Shown here one piece after another: positions 1 through 12,349 of a stretch of 64,000 nucleotides of DNA. Made by a program: the position numbers and the translations under genes. How positions within the stretch are numbered: the stretch's first letter is position 1; the number at the start of each line of letters is the position of its first letter. Origin of the DNA: Psammoneis japonica. Its lineage: Eukaryota. The stretch lies in NCBI GenBank assembly GCA_008632985.1, contig QPGO01000040.1, positions 67,719 to 131,718 of the forward strand, read 5' to 3'. The notes under the pieces were generated by a model. It was not told where the DNA came from and ran no database searches. It worked only from the letters and a program-made list of their open reading frames with translations.

Positions 1-403
1 GCAGGAGGCTCCAGAGATACAGTACCAGTGTATCTTATCGCTGCGGTCGAACGGGGTATGAATATGGCACAGTACGGTCTCATGGTGCGGCCGCTGAAAT
101 CATCGCTTCGGCCGGTCGGGTGGTTCGATCGATTGCGCGATTGAATTCGCGCACGCCCATTTGGCGATGGATCCGAACACTGCCACCGTCAGCATGACGT
201 GGGCGAACAAAAACCTGTCCATTCGTTCGCCGCCACCTGCCTCCGACCCAAAAACAACGAGAATTTGCACGAACAATGATGACAAACGCCAGTTCAAGCG
301 AGAAATGCTACAGCATGATAGGATCGTCTCGAGTAACGTATGTGTAAAATATCTATAGCATCTATAATGTACATTGTAGCGGTCAAAATTTGTATCGTTT
401 CAT

Positions 404-958
404 TCAATACGTGTGCATCGTATCGACCAATGCGTGGGTAACTTGAGACAGAGGCCGTTGCTGTCTGGCGGCACTTGCGGTAAATCCAGTCAAATAGCAG
501 TAAAGTCCGTCTCGAGCGTATTGAAAACCATATTGCCACGTTTTGAATGCCCAAAACGAAAATGGCATGAGCGAAAGCGCTTGTTCCTTTTGTTGTCTCT
601 TGAGTTCACGCCTTTCTCGCTTGGCGTCCTTGCGAAAGGCCTTGATTTGTTTGGAAGAATAAAACAATAGTGCCTTTTGATTAATGTGTGTTCTGGGACG
701 TGTCCAAACATCGGTTACGAGGGTCGTAGAAAAAGTAACGCGTCGTTGCATCTTGTGGGCAGCCGGTGTTGTCGAAGATTCAAATGGATTTTCGTGCAAG
801 TAGTAGTGATCTTCCCACAATTTCTTTTCGTCATTCAGTGGAGACTCTTCCAACGGATTTCCCGTCATCAATTCATCGTCATGATCATTATGTCCAGTGG
901 TATCGATAAGTTCGTGTTCTACTTCAGAGGGGTGCATCGTCAAGGGGCTAATCGTCAT
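404..958 (-). CDS. Hypothetical protein (184 aa) with an RRVTF (RVxF-like) motif
   Basis: Intact ATG-to-stop ORF with normal composition. The segment RRVTFSTTLVTDVWTRPRT..KALLFYS..I.AFR resembles a motif common in diatom hypothetical proteins. Confidence 0.6.
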   Translation of the reverse strand: MTISPLTMHPSEVEHELIDTTGHNDHDDELMTGNPLEESPLNDEKKLWEDHYYLHENPFESSTTPAAHKMQRRVTFSTTLVTDVWTRPRTHINQKALLFYSSKQIKAFRKDAKRERRELKRQQKEQALSLMPFSFWAFKTWQYGFQYARDGLYCYLTGFTASAARQQRPLSQVTHALVDTMHTY

Positions 959-1659
959 GATGAAATGTGATTTGTGATTGTTTGTGATTGGTCGATGGAT
1001 GGCAATCGGTCAGAAATATTGTGAGCGAGTCAAAATTTTGAAATTTCGCGACTGCCAGATTTTTTTGAGATCATCTTGTGTTCTGGTACAAATTCTACGT
1101 AAAAACCAGTATCCTGACGTCAGCTAGAAATTCAAGAAGTTGCATACGCCAGCATTACATAACCAGAATTCCACGTCACAAAAACGCACTTGAAACCACA
1201 CGTCATCATTACGTGGTAAGGTCGCGAGTTCAGTCGTGAATGGTGATTGATGATGATCTTGGCTGATAACGTTCTGATGGTGTTACTTTGAGAGCGATAG
1301 AGCGTCACATCTTGGTTGGAGAGCTACCAACTAAACTAGATTACGTCTGGAAATTGGTCTATTGGAGAGTTCGCTCGGATCTCTTGGCGAGTTGATGGGT
1401 GCCAATTGCAGTTGAACCGTCCGCCTTCTCACAGTATGCCCTTGGTCCTTGGTCGTCCGACTGCTGTGATCCCAGATGTGTAGCGATAAATGGCAAGGTA
1501 TGGATACCGGACTGTAGGAGAAATGTGCTGCAATCATATATATTAGAACTTACAGCTAATAAATGTAATTATGCGTCAAGAACTGCAATCTGTAATGATA
1601 AATCGACGTTTTTTGGTTCTGAGAAATGTACATGAACACATCGCATACGCAAAACCTAT

Positions 1660-2778
1660 TCACGTCCAATGTTGATATGGAGGAATTGCCGGGAGCTTAT
1701 CCACTGTTAGATACCCAGCAGGGGCATCAATCACTTGCAGGATGCGGCTCATTACGGCGGTATTAGTCATTTGCACCGATGGCGTTTTCGGCATGGTAAA
1801 CTTGACCCCCGAGGGCTCTCCTTGAAATTCCCACGAGGTTTGATCTATATCGTCGGGGCCATAACAATTCCCAATCAAATCAAATTCAATTGTAATGCCC
1901 TCATTTGTTTTCGTCGTGGCTTTGGCCTTCATTCCTGTGCATTCTCCCACGGGTATTTCTCGGTCAAGGGAGGCTGCCCAAACGGGAACGTTACAAAAGG
2001 TTGGTTCTCGCTTTTCGGTCGTCTCCTTGAGCGTCAGTCCCAAGGGAGAAAGAAGCAAACCAATTATGCTTCCACCACAAAATTCGGCGCTTGAATTATC
2101 CGCAATTTCCGTTTGAAACTGCTCTGGCGTGAGTCCCGCCCCGTGTGCTTCTGCCAAGACTTTACCATAGTCGTTCAAATTGTACTGCACAAAGCCATTG
2201 ATTGAGTCGATACGGTGCATCATTGAACTCAATGTCAAAATCATTTGACAACACGCAACGTCTTCATAACCACTACCCGTCAGAGTAACGCCATGTTGTC
2301 GAAACAGGGCATCAACTTGTCTTGTCAGAGTAGGAGAAGACTTGCTCGAGTCGTATAATTCTTCTGCAATGGTAATGACGTTCACGTTACACTCGGCACA
2401 AACGACAAGCGACGGTTGCAAGTCTCGAAGAGTCGATCGGGTAAACAAGATGCAAATGTCTGGACGAGTCGCTTCAAGAGTCGATCGGGCGTCGGATTCA
2501 TCCACAATTACGACACCATTCGTGCCACCGAGTTTGTTGCCCCACGGAGCCAAATCCACCAATGTGTAGTCCTTGCCAATATCATGGTGCGAAATGACAG
2601 CCACAATATCAACGTGACGCTCGTGCAAGTACTTGGCCATGAGCTTGTTTTGATTGCCAAATCCCCACAAGGCAACCTTGACGTCGCTCAGATTTCTTTC
2701 GACGATTGAGCTAGTACTTGTAGGAGGCTCTGTCACAGCAGCAGACGCTGATGGTGTATTCGTCGATTGCTTCATCAT
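1660..2778 (-). CDS. NAD(P)-dependent dehydrogenase, DapB-N / 2,4-diaminopentanoate dehydrogenase (Ord)-like family, intronless
   Basis: 372-aa ORF with Rossmann-like KVALWGFGNQ, PDICILFTRST, NVNVITIAEEL, GVTLTGSGYED and C-terminal VIDAPAGY.TVDKLP, as in the bacterial Ord/DapB-like family. Confidence 0.8.
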   Translation of the reverse strand: MMKQSTNTPSASAAVTEPPTSTSSIVERNLSDVKVALWGFGNQNKLMAKYLHERHVDIVAVISHHDIGKDYTLVDLAPWGNKLGGTNGVVIVDESDARSTLEATRPDICILFTRSTLRDLQPSLVVCAECNVNVITIAEELYDSSKSSPTLTRQVDALFRQHGVTLTGSGYEDVACCQMILTLSSMMHRIDSINGFVQYNLNDYGKVLAEAHGAGLTPEQFQTEIADNSSAEFCGGSIIGLLLSPLGLTLKETTEKREPTFCNVPVWAASLDREIPVGECTGMKAKATTKTNEGITIEFDLIGNCYGPDDIDQTSWEFQGEPSGVKFTMPKTPSVQMTNTAVMSRILQVIDAPAGYLTVDKLPAIPPYQHWT

Positions 2779-3010
2779 TAGTCCTCTTCCCGCAAAATCA
2801 AAAGCAGTATCTTGTTTGAGAAACGATCACTACGAGCGACGTTATAGAGGATAGATGTTGTTGATCTTTCGTCCTGTGGACCTTGAGAAACAAAAAAGAA
2901 ATCGTTCGAGACGACTACGTCTGGAGAAGCGCTATTGTAAAGCCGCAGGAGCATCCACTCGCCACAAGAGATGATTCAGGCAATAAGCGAAACAGGCATG
3001 GGTGTCATGG

Positions 3011-4040
3011 CGTGAACCTCCAAAGATTTGTGTGAGGAATGCGTGATCCCGCATCCGAAAGTTAAAGTTATGCGAGTTCACATTTGAAGTTGCGTGGAAA
3101 CTGTACTATGAGCTACGGACCAGCTCAGGCGCCCTTCCTCGAACGTCGAACTCCACTCCCGGCTTAGGAGGTCTGTAGCAGTTGGTCGAACTCACAACGA
3201 GATCCGGTTTCAGCAGAGTTTAGCACTGCGTTCTCTCCTCTCTGCTCTCTAGAGAGAGCAGACAACAGGGCCTCACTAGCCAGCAGCCTCTCTCTAGCTA
3301 GCTAGCAGATCTGACGCTAATGCGATGATGCTGTCAAACAACAAAACAAACTTGTGCTTGTGTCAATTTCATCATGTTGGTTTTCTTCGTTTGACCCAAC
3401 AAATGTTGGCACATCAAACACCACAGTCACACACACAAAAGCTCAAAACAAGTCAAATGGATTTCCCTTTCAGGAGGGGGGTGATGCATCAAATGGATTT
3501 CTTCCTTGTGGTGGTCCAGCTGGCTGCTGTGATTGTTGAGCTGGAGCAGAGGTGCCACATTTGCGGCTGCTGGGGAGCGAGCCAGCAGTTGCGGCTGCTT
3601 CTGTGGAGCTGGAGCGTTGCCGTCATTTGCTGCTGCTGTGGAGTGGGAGCCAGCACCGCCATTTGCTGCTGCTGTGGAGTGGGAGCTGGTGGTGCCATTT
3701 GCTGCTGTGGTGCAGGAGCTGGTGCCACCATTGGCGGCTGTGTTGTCAGAGGTGGATCCTGCACCAATCCCTTGGGTCGAGTTGTTGCTCCTCTCCTCCT
3801 TGTTGCGGGGTTGGACTTGGAATCATGGGTTTGCCACCTGCAGCAGGGATTGGAATTCTCCCATCATGTCATTGCCACTGTGCCATGATGTTGTTGCTCA
3901 CGTGCTTGACTCAGCATGGATGGAGCCAAAGTCACCAACATCAGACCTTGAGGAGCAGCTGAAGCAGGTGCCAAAACTGGAGCTGTGGCACCAGCGCCTG
4001 AACAGGCATGGGAGCTGGTGCACACAGAGCAGCCAGCGCT
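3011..4040. repeat. Diverged direct duplicate of ~20371-21690 (CTAG-rich repeat plus the 3' end of the ArfGAP-EH gene)
   Basis: Shared anchors: cgtgaacctccaaagat (3011 and 20371), gcccttcctcgaacgt, ctagctagctag, ttttcttcgtttga, gtcaaatggatttcccttt and ttgttgcggggttggacttggaatcat. Confidence 0.9.
3443..4040 (-). pseudogene. Decayed fragment of the ArfGAP-EH gene 3' end (Pro/Gln-rich tail with NPF motifs)
   Basis: Collinear with 21188-21690 and retains the KGNPFD.F-stop end. It has frameshifts and CpG>TpG/CpA changes (gcgggtgccgaaactggagccgg > gcaggtgccaaaactggagctg). Confidence 0.85.
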
Positions 4041-4989
4041 GCCAAAACAAAACCCAAAATCTGTTTTCATTGACCACTCAGTGGTTGATGATTGCAGACT
4101 TTTTTGTGTCCAGCAGCCAGGCAGTCTGGCAGTCCAGCAGTTGTGGTGTTGGGCAGTCAGCCCAAATTTGAGAGTGTGCCCCTCTGACTTTGGAACAGCA
4201 TGTGTGATTTGGCACAAATGAGTTGTTTGGATTCACAAAATGACAATTGAGAACATTGGAGGTCATGGGGACATCCCAAAGAATCAACAAATTCCCTGCG
4301 ACGGGTGCACAGAACTGTCTTTCAGAAGAGCTTGAAAGTGCTGCAAAGTTGGGGTGGGTTGCCAGCGTGGCATGTTGAAAATTGTGTTGGGCTTGGCATG
4401 AAGAGAACTCATTGTGAATTGGCACACAAAACAGTCAAAATGGAAAAAAACTCATCGTGCAATCAGCGAGTCTGTGTGGTGCACCATTTTGGTGGTGAAC
4501 TGGACAAAAAAGAGTGTCAGCATGAGCTGTCAAATGTGATGGTCATCTGCATCACCGGCGTGGTGGCCATGCCAACCTGCCACTGCAGTGCCAGCCCCAG
4601 TGGCAGAGCCCTGTGTGCGCGCAGGCAGTGCAGCATGCAGTGGCACACACCCTCACCCACAAAGAGAAAGACAAGTGGTCAATGCTCCCTGCAGGCCTGG
4701 TTTAGGTGCTGCTGTGCTTCCACCCCACAACTCTGGCAAACAAGCCAATCCACACCCTCAGCACACTCAAAGCGCAGCAGGGGCTCACAGCAATCAGCCT
4801 GAGCTGGCATCACCATCATGTGATGCTGCACCAAAGCCTCACAAAGCCATTTTGCCAATGCTTGATTTAAACACGGGTCTCGTCATTGCCAACAACTCCA
4901 AAGCCTGTGCAGAGAGTGATTCAGATGCTTGTCAACAGAGTCAAAAAGTTCTGCTTGATCTTTTGCCAAACAATGTTCACTGGACCATG

Positions 4990-5350
4990 AGTGGATCACC
5001 TCAACCTCTGCTTCCATGCACTGTGCTTTAATGACGAGTGTGCAAACAAAGACAGAATGAAGTGAGAAAAGTGAAAATTGCAAGATGAGATTTTTGTCAA
5101 TCATTTTGGGTTTCCCTGAATGAGTTCTCAATGGCCTAAAGCTTCTGCGCTCTGTGCATGAAAGGCCTTTCAGAAAATGTGGTCATGACAACAGATTGTC
5201 CGGGTGCAATTGCCATTGATGCATGAGGTGTCAACATTGTTGAGTGATTGCATTTGCAACTTTTGCATCCAACCAACTCTGTGTGATTGATTTGTCCTTT
5301 GTGTGAACCCATGATTGATGTGCAATTGAAGTGCAATGATGTTTGGGACA
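4990..5350 (-). mobile_element. Fragment homologous to the 5' leader/LTR region of the Gypsy element (related to ~11810-12180)
   Basis: Shares gtgaaaattgcaa, ttttgggtttccctgaa, aaagcttctgc and tgat.tgtcctttgtg..aaccca..attgatgtg with 11858-12155. Confidence 0.65.
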
Positions 5351-5689
5351 TGTGGACATGGGCTGCATGCATGATGCACACCATGGGGCAATGCATGTTG
5401 CACTCACCTCCCCAGTTGCACATTGGAGTCATTCATCAAATGGCACCATGCAGCAAATGTTGATGGCATCAACAACATCATCACATTTGATCTGCGCTGT
5501 GCCATTGGTGTGCGCCATTGTCATTGTGTGTGCTCCAGCATGAGGCTGTTCCATCTTTTGGGAGTCTTTCTTGAGCAGTGTCTTTTCTCCTGCTCTGCAT
5601 TGTGTGTGTGTGTGGAGTGCATCAAGTGTTCTCTCAAATGTGGTTTTCATTTGTGATTTCTTGTTTTTGTTCCTGGGCTGACTTTTTGT

Positions 5690-7990
5690 CTGTTGCCGCT
5701 TGCATCTGAAGGCTTTGTCAGTTTGGACGTTGCTCTTTTGGATGGGATGACTCTCGATGGATCCAAAGTAAAAGGGGACCCTTCCCTGCGCAGCAGCACA
5801 AGCACTCTCAACAACATTGAACAACACAAACCGTGTCAGCGAGCCTGGACCGTGTGGAGAAAATTCTGTTCAAGTCTGTGTCATCTGAGATCACACCGAC
5901 TAAAGGAACCTCTCGGTGATTGGCGGTTTCCACCATCACAAATGAGAATGCAATCTACCGCATGCTTCTCTCCATCTGAAGACAGCTTGTGTGCATGTGC
6001 TTTGGAAGGTCATGACATCTTCCAAGCAAATGGAGCAATCACTGACTCGACAGTGGAAATTGAGACAGTGCCAACCCCCTCCAAAGATTCCTGTCCGGCA
6101 GAAGTGTCCACAGTCAAGGATGGCCGATGGCAATTCGAGATTCCGCATGCTTCATCAACCGCCTCTCTTTCTCCGGCTGCACCAGACTCTTTTCTCGAGA
6201 GTCTTCAACGATTGGATGTTTGGGAACCAACGCTGTTCAAAGAATTGGCACTGCACGTTTCTTCTTGAGCATTGGCTCAACATTTTCTTTTGTCTGCTCT
6301 CACCGCAGGCAGTGACCGGTCAGTGCAGGAGGGAGCTGCCTTTGGATGGACAATCACCACAGACGGCACTCCATTGGTGGATTGCGCAGGACCAGTTTTT
6401 GGAAAGACACCATCTTTGTGCCGAGCAGAGGCCTGTGGCATCCTCTCAATTGCAAGGTTCATTTTTCGACTGTGTGAATGCTGTCGGATTGCAGCTCCTT
6501 TGGATGCGGTGATTCATTGTGACAACAAGGCATTGGTCAACTGTCTCTCCCAGTTGACATCTGCCTCACCTGTGTTTGACCCAGACAATGACTCTCACGC
6601 TTTGCACAATTTTCACATTCGTCGTCAAGGCGCCAACGCCATTGCCCCAGACTGGGACGTGCTGAATGAAATCCTTCACACCCAGCAAACTCTGACTCAG
6701 CTTTTGGATTCAGAGGACCTCATTCCCCCCCAGTGCTCTGGGTGAAAGGACATCAAGACAGGCATTCTCCGGTTCATGCCTTGCCTTTAAATGCTCGAGT
6801 CAACATCCGTGCTGACAGATTGGCAGGCACATGTCAAGGTCACTGTCTGCATGATGTGGAACAAGTGAAACGTCCACCTCATTGCCACTCTCACCTTGAG
6901 ATAGAGGGAGGTGCTGTGACGTCAAGCTGCAAGAAACAGATCAGATGCGCAGCCACTGCTCCTCAACTGATCGAATGCATTGTCGAACGCAACCAATGGA
7001 ACTCTTCAGTGGCAGATCAAGTGGATTGGAACGCCCACGTGGTCCTGGTGAAGCGCTGCTCAAAGAAACACGTCAACACGGTCAAATTGGTGTGTGGCTT
7101 GTCACCTGCAAATAAAATTGCCCACAGATGCAATCCAGGTTGTCCTCACCAGTGCATTGCATGTGATCATCCAATGGAAGACAGGGACCACATTCTCTGA
7201 TGTCCCAACAATGAACAGTGGAGGAGGAAGTTCTTGCAAGGCCTGCAAAGACACTGCGACAAGGTGGGCACAATGCCTGTTCTTTGTGACTTTCTGTTGG
7301 ACATGCCACAGGCTTGGTTCAATGAGGAAATCACGCATCTCGACAATGTGGATTGCAGATGCAAGGAGTTGTGGAAAGCTCAGTCTGATGTTGGATGGTG
7401 GATGGTGACAGATCTTCAATGGCAGACATTCATTCACGTGGAACCTCCTGCAATCCGGTCATCTTTGCAACTCAGGCATCTTGCGTCAACATCAAGAGGA
7501 AAACAAACAACCACCGGGTTGGACTGTCCAGACAGGATCCCACACATGGAGAAGCTGGTGGGAGCTGTGGGAGGAGCATGACCAGCCAGTCCACAGACAC
7601 GATGTGGAGTCTCAAAAGTCATCACAACGAAGAAAGGTTGAGGCCAAATTGACGGCAATTTACAACAAACATCACAAATGCTTGGCTGAAGACAGAGGTG
7701 TGTTGTTAGATTCAGTCAAGGAACACCGTTCATTCACTGTGACGAGGATTCAAAATTGGATCTCTGTGGTCCGCCCAAGACTCAAAGAAAGCCTGAAAGA
7801 AGCCAAACGCCTGGCTAAAAGAGGCGCTCGCACCATCTTCAGCTGTTTCTGTCGGGCGCCCTCATCCGGGGGCACCGTTTCTGGCCAATTGCACAAAATT
7901 TCTGCTGCATCCTCCGCAGGGTGCACTGGAAGTGTGGGTCAGCCGGCGCCGGTGTTGCTGGGCAAAGGTGCAACAGCACTCAAAATTGGA
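5690..7990 (+). mobile_element. Degenerate non-LTR retrotransposon (diatom RNase H-containing LINE), 3' portion
   Basis: RNase H motifs GSDRSV..GAAFGW, CRAEACGILS (consensus YRAEAYG), IHCDNKALV and WVKGHQD..LPLNARVNIRADRLA; a zinc knuckle CIACDHPMEDRDHIL*C; C-terminal IQNW..AKRGARTI. Contains stops and frameshifts. Confidence 0.8.
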
Positions 7991-10168
7991 GTTTTTTTTT
8001 TGAAGACCAGTTGTCCTGGTGCAGCTTGCACAGCAGCATGACACATTGAACATGCAGCAAAGGCCGCTGCTGACAGCACACCAGAGAGAGGATTGCCTGC
8101 ATCCAGGGGTGCATTTTGTGGGTTGAATGTGCGCAGCACATTGCCTGGTGTTTGGTGCAAGCATTCAACAACTGTGCTCACTTGTGGAGTTGATGCAGCT
8201 GTGGTCATGCCACAGTCATCTTGAGCCACATCTCTCAATTGGTGTCCAATGAACTCACTTCCATGGTCACATGTGATTCATGATGGCCAAGGACATCCAC
8301 TCAACCATGTTTGTTTCAACAGCCCAGCTGCAGTTTTGTGGGTTCCTCATTTAGAATTTTTGCAACTTCAAACCACCCTGCTGGGTCAATCATTGTTGAA
8401 CATTTGAAGACACGGGGTTTCTTCTTTCCCTTGCACAATGCATTTTGTTTGGTCCAGCAGGATCCACACAAAGTTGCTCTCCCCGCGGCACTGATTCTGC
8501 GCACTTGGGGGGCAAATGTCCACCATTTTTTGTGTTTTTTTTTTGAATTTCTGGCACGTCTCACATTTTGACACGCATTTTTGCATGTCTTCACGCAGGG
8601 TGGATCACCACAGGTGTTGTGAGATTGTTTTTTCTTCTGTTCTGTTTGTGCCTGGGTGAAGAAGATGTGCATGGCACCAGCCCATCACCGCTTTCTGCAA
8701 CATCTTTGGAATGATGATTTCATCCTTGTGACATGTGAAATGTCTCATTTGACAAATTGGAGAGAATGTCTTTGTCCCATTTCTGTTCAATGTCAAGAGC
8801 TTTGCAGTTCAATGGAAAGACATTGTCGCGGGATGTTGGCAGGACCTTTTTGACTGGTTGCTCAGTTCTGAGATGTTCCACAGGTTTCATTTTTTCATGG
8901 CAAGGCAAATTGTTTTGGGGCTGCTTTCTTCTGTTGTTGGATGCAGCACATGACACTGTCCATTGTAAAATTTTTGTGTGTGTGAGAGATCGTTGTGATC
9001 CAAGTGTGTGTTTGTCTGTTGGCCAAACAGCATGTTCTGCAACTCTTTTGGTGTTTCCATGACAGACAGCAGCTCTTTTTCTGCTGCAGCTGTGGAAAAA
9101 AACAGGTTGGTTTTGCTGTGCAACAACCACCCCCAATTGAGAATTGCTTGCATCAGCACACATCTCAAAGGGTGTGTTGAAACTTGGGTGTGACAATGGT
9201 GTGTCTTTTGAAATGATGGGCTCCACATTTTTCAAGGCTTTTTGTTCCATTTTGGCCCGTTGCCACTTCACCTGTGTTGGGATGAGTTTGGCCAAAGGAG
9301 CCAGAATGTGAGATTGTCAAGGCCGCATGTCTTGACAACAGTTGATCACACCAACAAGGCACCACAATTCCTTTTGCCAGTTTTTGGAGTGGTGATCACA
9401 TGAATTGCTTCAACTTTTTTTGGAATTGGGGTGATGCCATTGTGGGTGATGTGAAAGCCCAGACAGCCTGCTTTGAGTTTCTTCTTGGCATTGACCTTCA
9501 GCCCAGTTTGTTCAAGGTGCATGAAACCATTTCAAGCTTTTTGAGGTGGTCTCAGAAATCACCTTTGTGAGGCACAGTGTGTCATCAGTGTGAGTTCTGA
9601 CAAACTCCAGACACCTGCCATGAGTTCACTCATGTGCTCTTGGAAAACATCTGGAGCTCCACAGATGCCCCCTGGCAGTCTGCAGTGCTCATGTTTGCCC
9701 AAGAAAGTGCACAAGCAATGTGCACGCTGCATCAGTTTGACATGACAGTGTCCCATGTTCAAATCAAGGGAGGCAGCAAACACGGAACCTTCAAGTTTCT
9801 GTCACATGTCCTGAACGTCAGGCAAAGGAATTGGAGTGCACATTGACCTCTTGTTCAGCTCACGAAAGTCAGAAAGAAACCAAACTTGACCATTTTTCTT
9901 TGGTTGAATGAAGGTCACAGTGCCCATTCAGAACAATTTGTTTTTCTTGAGACCTTCAACTTGCACAGTCTTTCAGCTTCCTTTCAAGTGGCCGGTCACC
10001 TCCAAGGCTTGTGGCATGGGGAATGGTTTGGCGCAATGTGGACTCATGCCTGGTTTCAACTTTAAATCCACTGGCATCCTGGTCCACTTGCCCAGAGAAC
10101 CATTGAAAAGGTTTTCAAATCATTTTGAGAGGAAGTTCAGCTGCTTCTGCTCTTCTGGGTTTAGATGA

Positions 10169-10206
<38 letters not shown>

Positions 10207-12200
10207 CACATTGTTGAGGTTGGCACAACATGACAAGCCAACCTGAGTCAAGGAGCCAATTGACAACCCTGTCATTGAATCCAATCACAGCATGAGATTC
10301 CTCAAAGTGGTTGGCAATCAACTTGAAAACATCGGCATTGAAGAGTGCACCAACATTCTTCACAGGCACAGTTGCGTCCTCTCATTTAATTTCTTTGTTT
10401 GAAAAGTCCAATGTGGTCCTGAGACTTGACATCAAGTCACATCCCATGATCACATCATGACAACTCAAAGAAGAAGGGGTGTTGTCAACATGTCCCCTTG
10501 TTTTGATCATCTCATGTTTGTCAAATTCCAGCAAGGAGAACCAAATTTTACACCGATTCTTTGGTTCTGGGTCATCACGTCAATTTGCACAAAATTGTGG
10601 TTGACAATGTTCTGCTGTCAAGGAGAACATGAAGAGGCTTGTTTGAGCCACTGGACTTGCATGAATTGTTCTGGCCCTTTTTCTAGGCTTCCCAACATCC
10701 AGCAGAGTCACTGAGCATCAGTTTTTTAAATTGACAGTTCTCCTTGCTGAGGGTGTCAGAGTTGCAATCCTTTCTCTTCTTGTGCTTTGCATCTTTGTTT
10801 GAAGAACTTGCCTTGGGTGTTTTTTGATCCACCTGGATAATTGCAGCATTCAACTCTTCCTTGCGAGTGGCGTTTTCATTGTTGCAACATGACCACATGC
10901 TGTTGCCATTTGAATGGCACCACTTCAGATCATGACCACCATTTCTGTGGCACTCTTTGGCCAGCCTTTTTGAAACCCAGCACTTGCCCGCATTGTGGGT
11001 GGTCTTTTCGCAATGGCTGCACCACTTGTCAGACTCAGAAGCTTTGGCACCAGATTGGTGACCATTTTTGGAACCATGGTGCTTGCTTGGATCCATTCTT
11101 GGCTTTCAATCCAGGCTTGTTGCTGGCATCAGCTTGGACATGAGCAGAGTTGCGCGTGTCTTCTGCAACCTGCTTTGGATGCCCCCAAAACTCAGCCAAC
11201 TCATTCAAGGTGTGCTTCAAAATTTTGGGCCCTTTCTTGGTCAGCTGACACTGCCATTTGCAAGGTGCAAGGTTGCAGACAACATTCTTGAGATCATCAC
11301 CCTTGACCTTCTGATCTTCCTTGAAAGGAGGACAACACTTGAGGTCTTTGTTGACTTCTTGAACCCAGGTGGCAATTTCTTGGATCTTCATGGTCTCTGG
11401 CTTCTTGAGATCATGCCACAAATGGCATTTCTGAATTTGGACTGCATTCTTTGGAAAGACATGACTTGTGCAAGGTGTTGCAGGCATTTTTTGAAAGCTC
11501 CTTTGGCTGGCTCATCTTCAAGATGCAGCGCCATTCTCAACTTCTTGTTTCTTGATGTTTTGACCCACTGGGAGTTGTTTGCAGCTTGTCAGGAATTTGA
11601 GGCACTTCAAAATGCCTTGTTGCTTGCAGTGCTTGACATTGATTGTGCAGGTGTGGCTGTCCTTCTTTTCTGGGTGAAAGCACTGCTCCTGGCTTGGTTT
11701 GAGTTTCTTTGGTTTGGAGGTTGATTCCAACAGCGCTGGAGCTGTTTTCTCTTGAGGTGAAAGCTTTGTTTCTGTCTTGGCACCTTCTGTGGTGTGCATG
11801 CACAATGCACCATGCTCAAAGAACAAGCACAGACAAAGGCAGATTGAAGTGCAAAAAGTGAAAATTGCAACATTGGATTTCAGTCAATTGTTTTGGGTTT
11901 CCCTGAACAAGCTCTCAATGGTCCAAAGCTTCTGCACCTGCTCAAGCAAAAATTGATGCACTTCAATCATGGGCGAGTTTGTGCATTTGCAAAATTGTCT
12001 CATTTTCCATTGGTGGTCATTGGCACATTCATCACCTGGTGATTTTGCTGTGGAGATTGCATGTGGAATTCTGCGGGCCCAATGTCACACGGATTCCCAC
12101 CTGCATCTGAAATGCATCTTGATCTGTCCTTTGTGCAAACCCACAATTGATGTGTGGTTGAAGCACAACAACACATTCATGACACATGCAGACACACACA
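7990..12200 (-). mobile_element. Degenerate Ty3/Gypsy LTR retrotransposon (gag, protease, RT, RNase H, integrase)
   Basis: RT: AASLDLNMGHCHVKL and GKHEHCRLP..APDVFQEHMSELM. RNase H: FEMCADASNSQLGVV. Integrase: WCHAHLLHPGTNRTEEKTI, CETCQK, TMIDPAGWFE, ECLHQTPGNVLRTF and APGQLVF. Gag: LKKPETMKI..CCPPF and CSHCEKTTHNAGKCW. Domain order RT-RH-IN. Confidence 0.9.
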
Positions 12201-12349
12201 CACACACACACACACAGTGCACATGACAGTGCATGTTGCATCCACATGATGGCATTGAATTGATTCACCAGTTTCTGAGTCATGCCCACAAATGGTGTGA
12301 TTGTGTTGTTGATCCCACAATTTCTGCAATCAAGGCCAAACAGAGCTGC

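Noticed and set aside
10170..10205. (GCT)n and (CA)n (~12192-12215) microsatellites
   Set aside because: Ordinary slippage repeats within TE relics.
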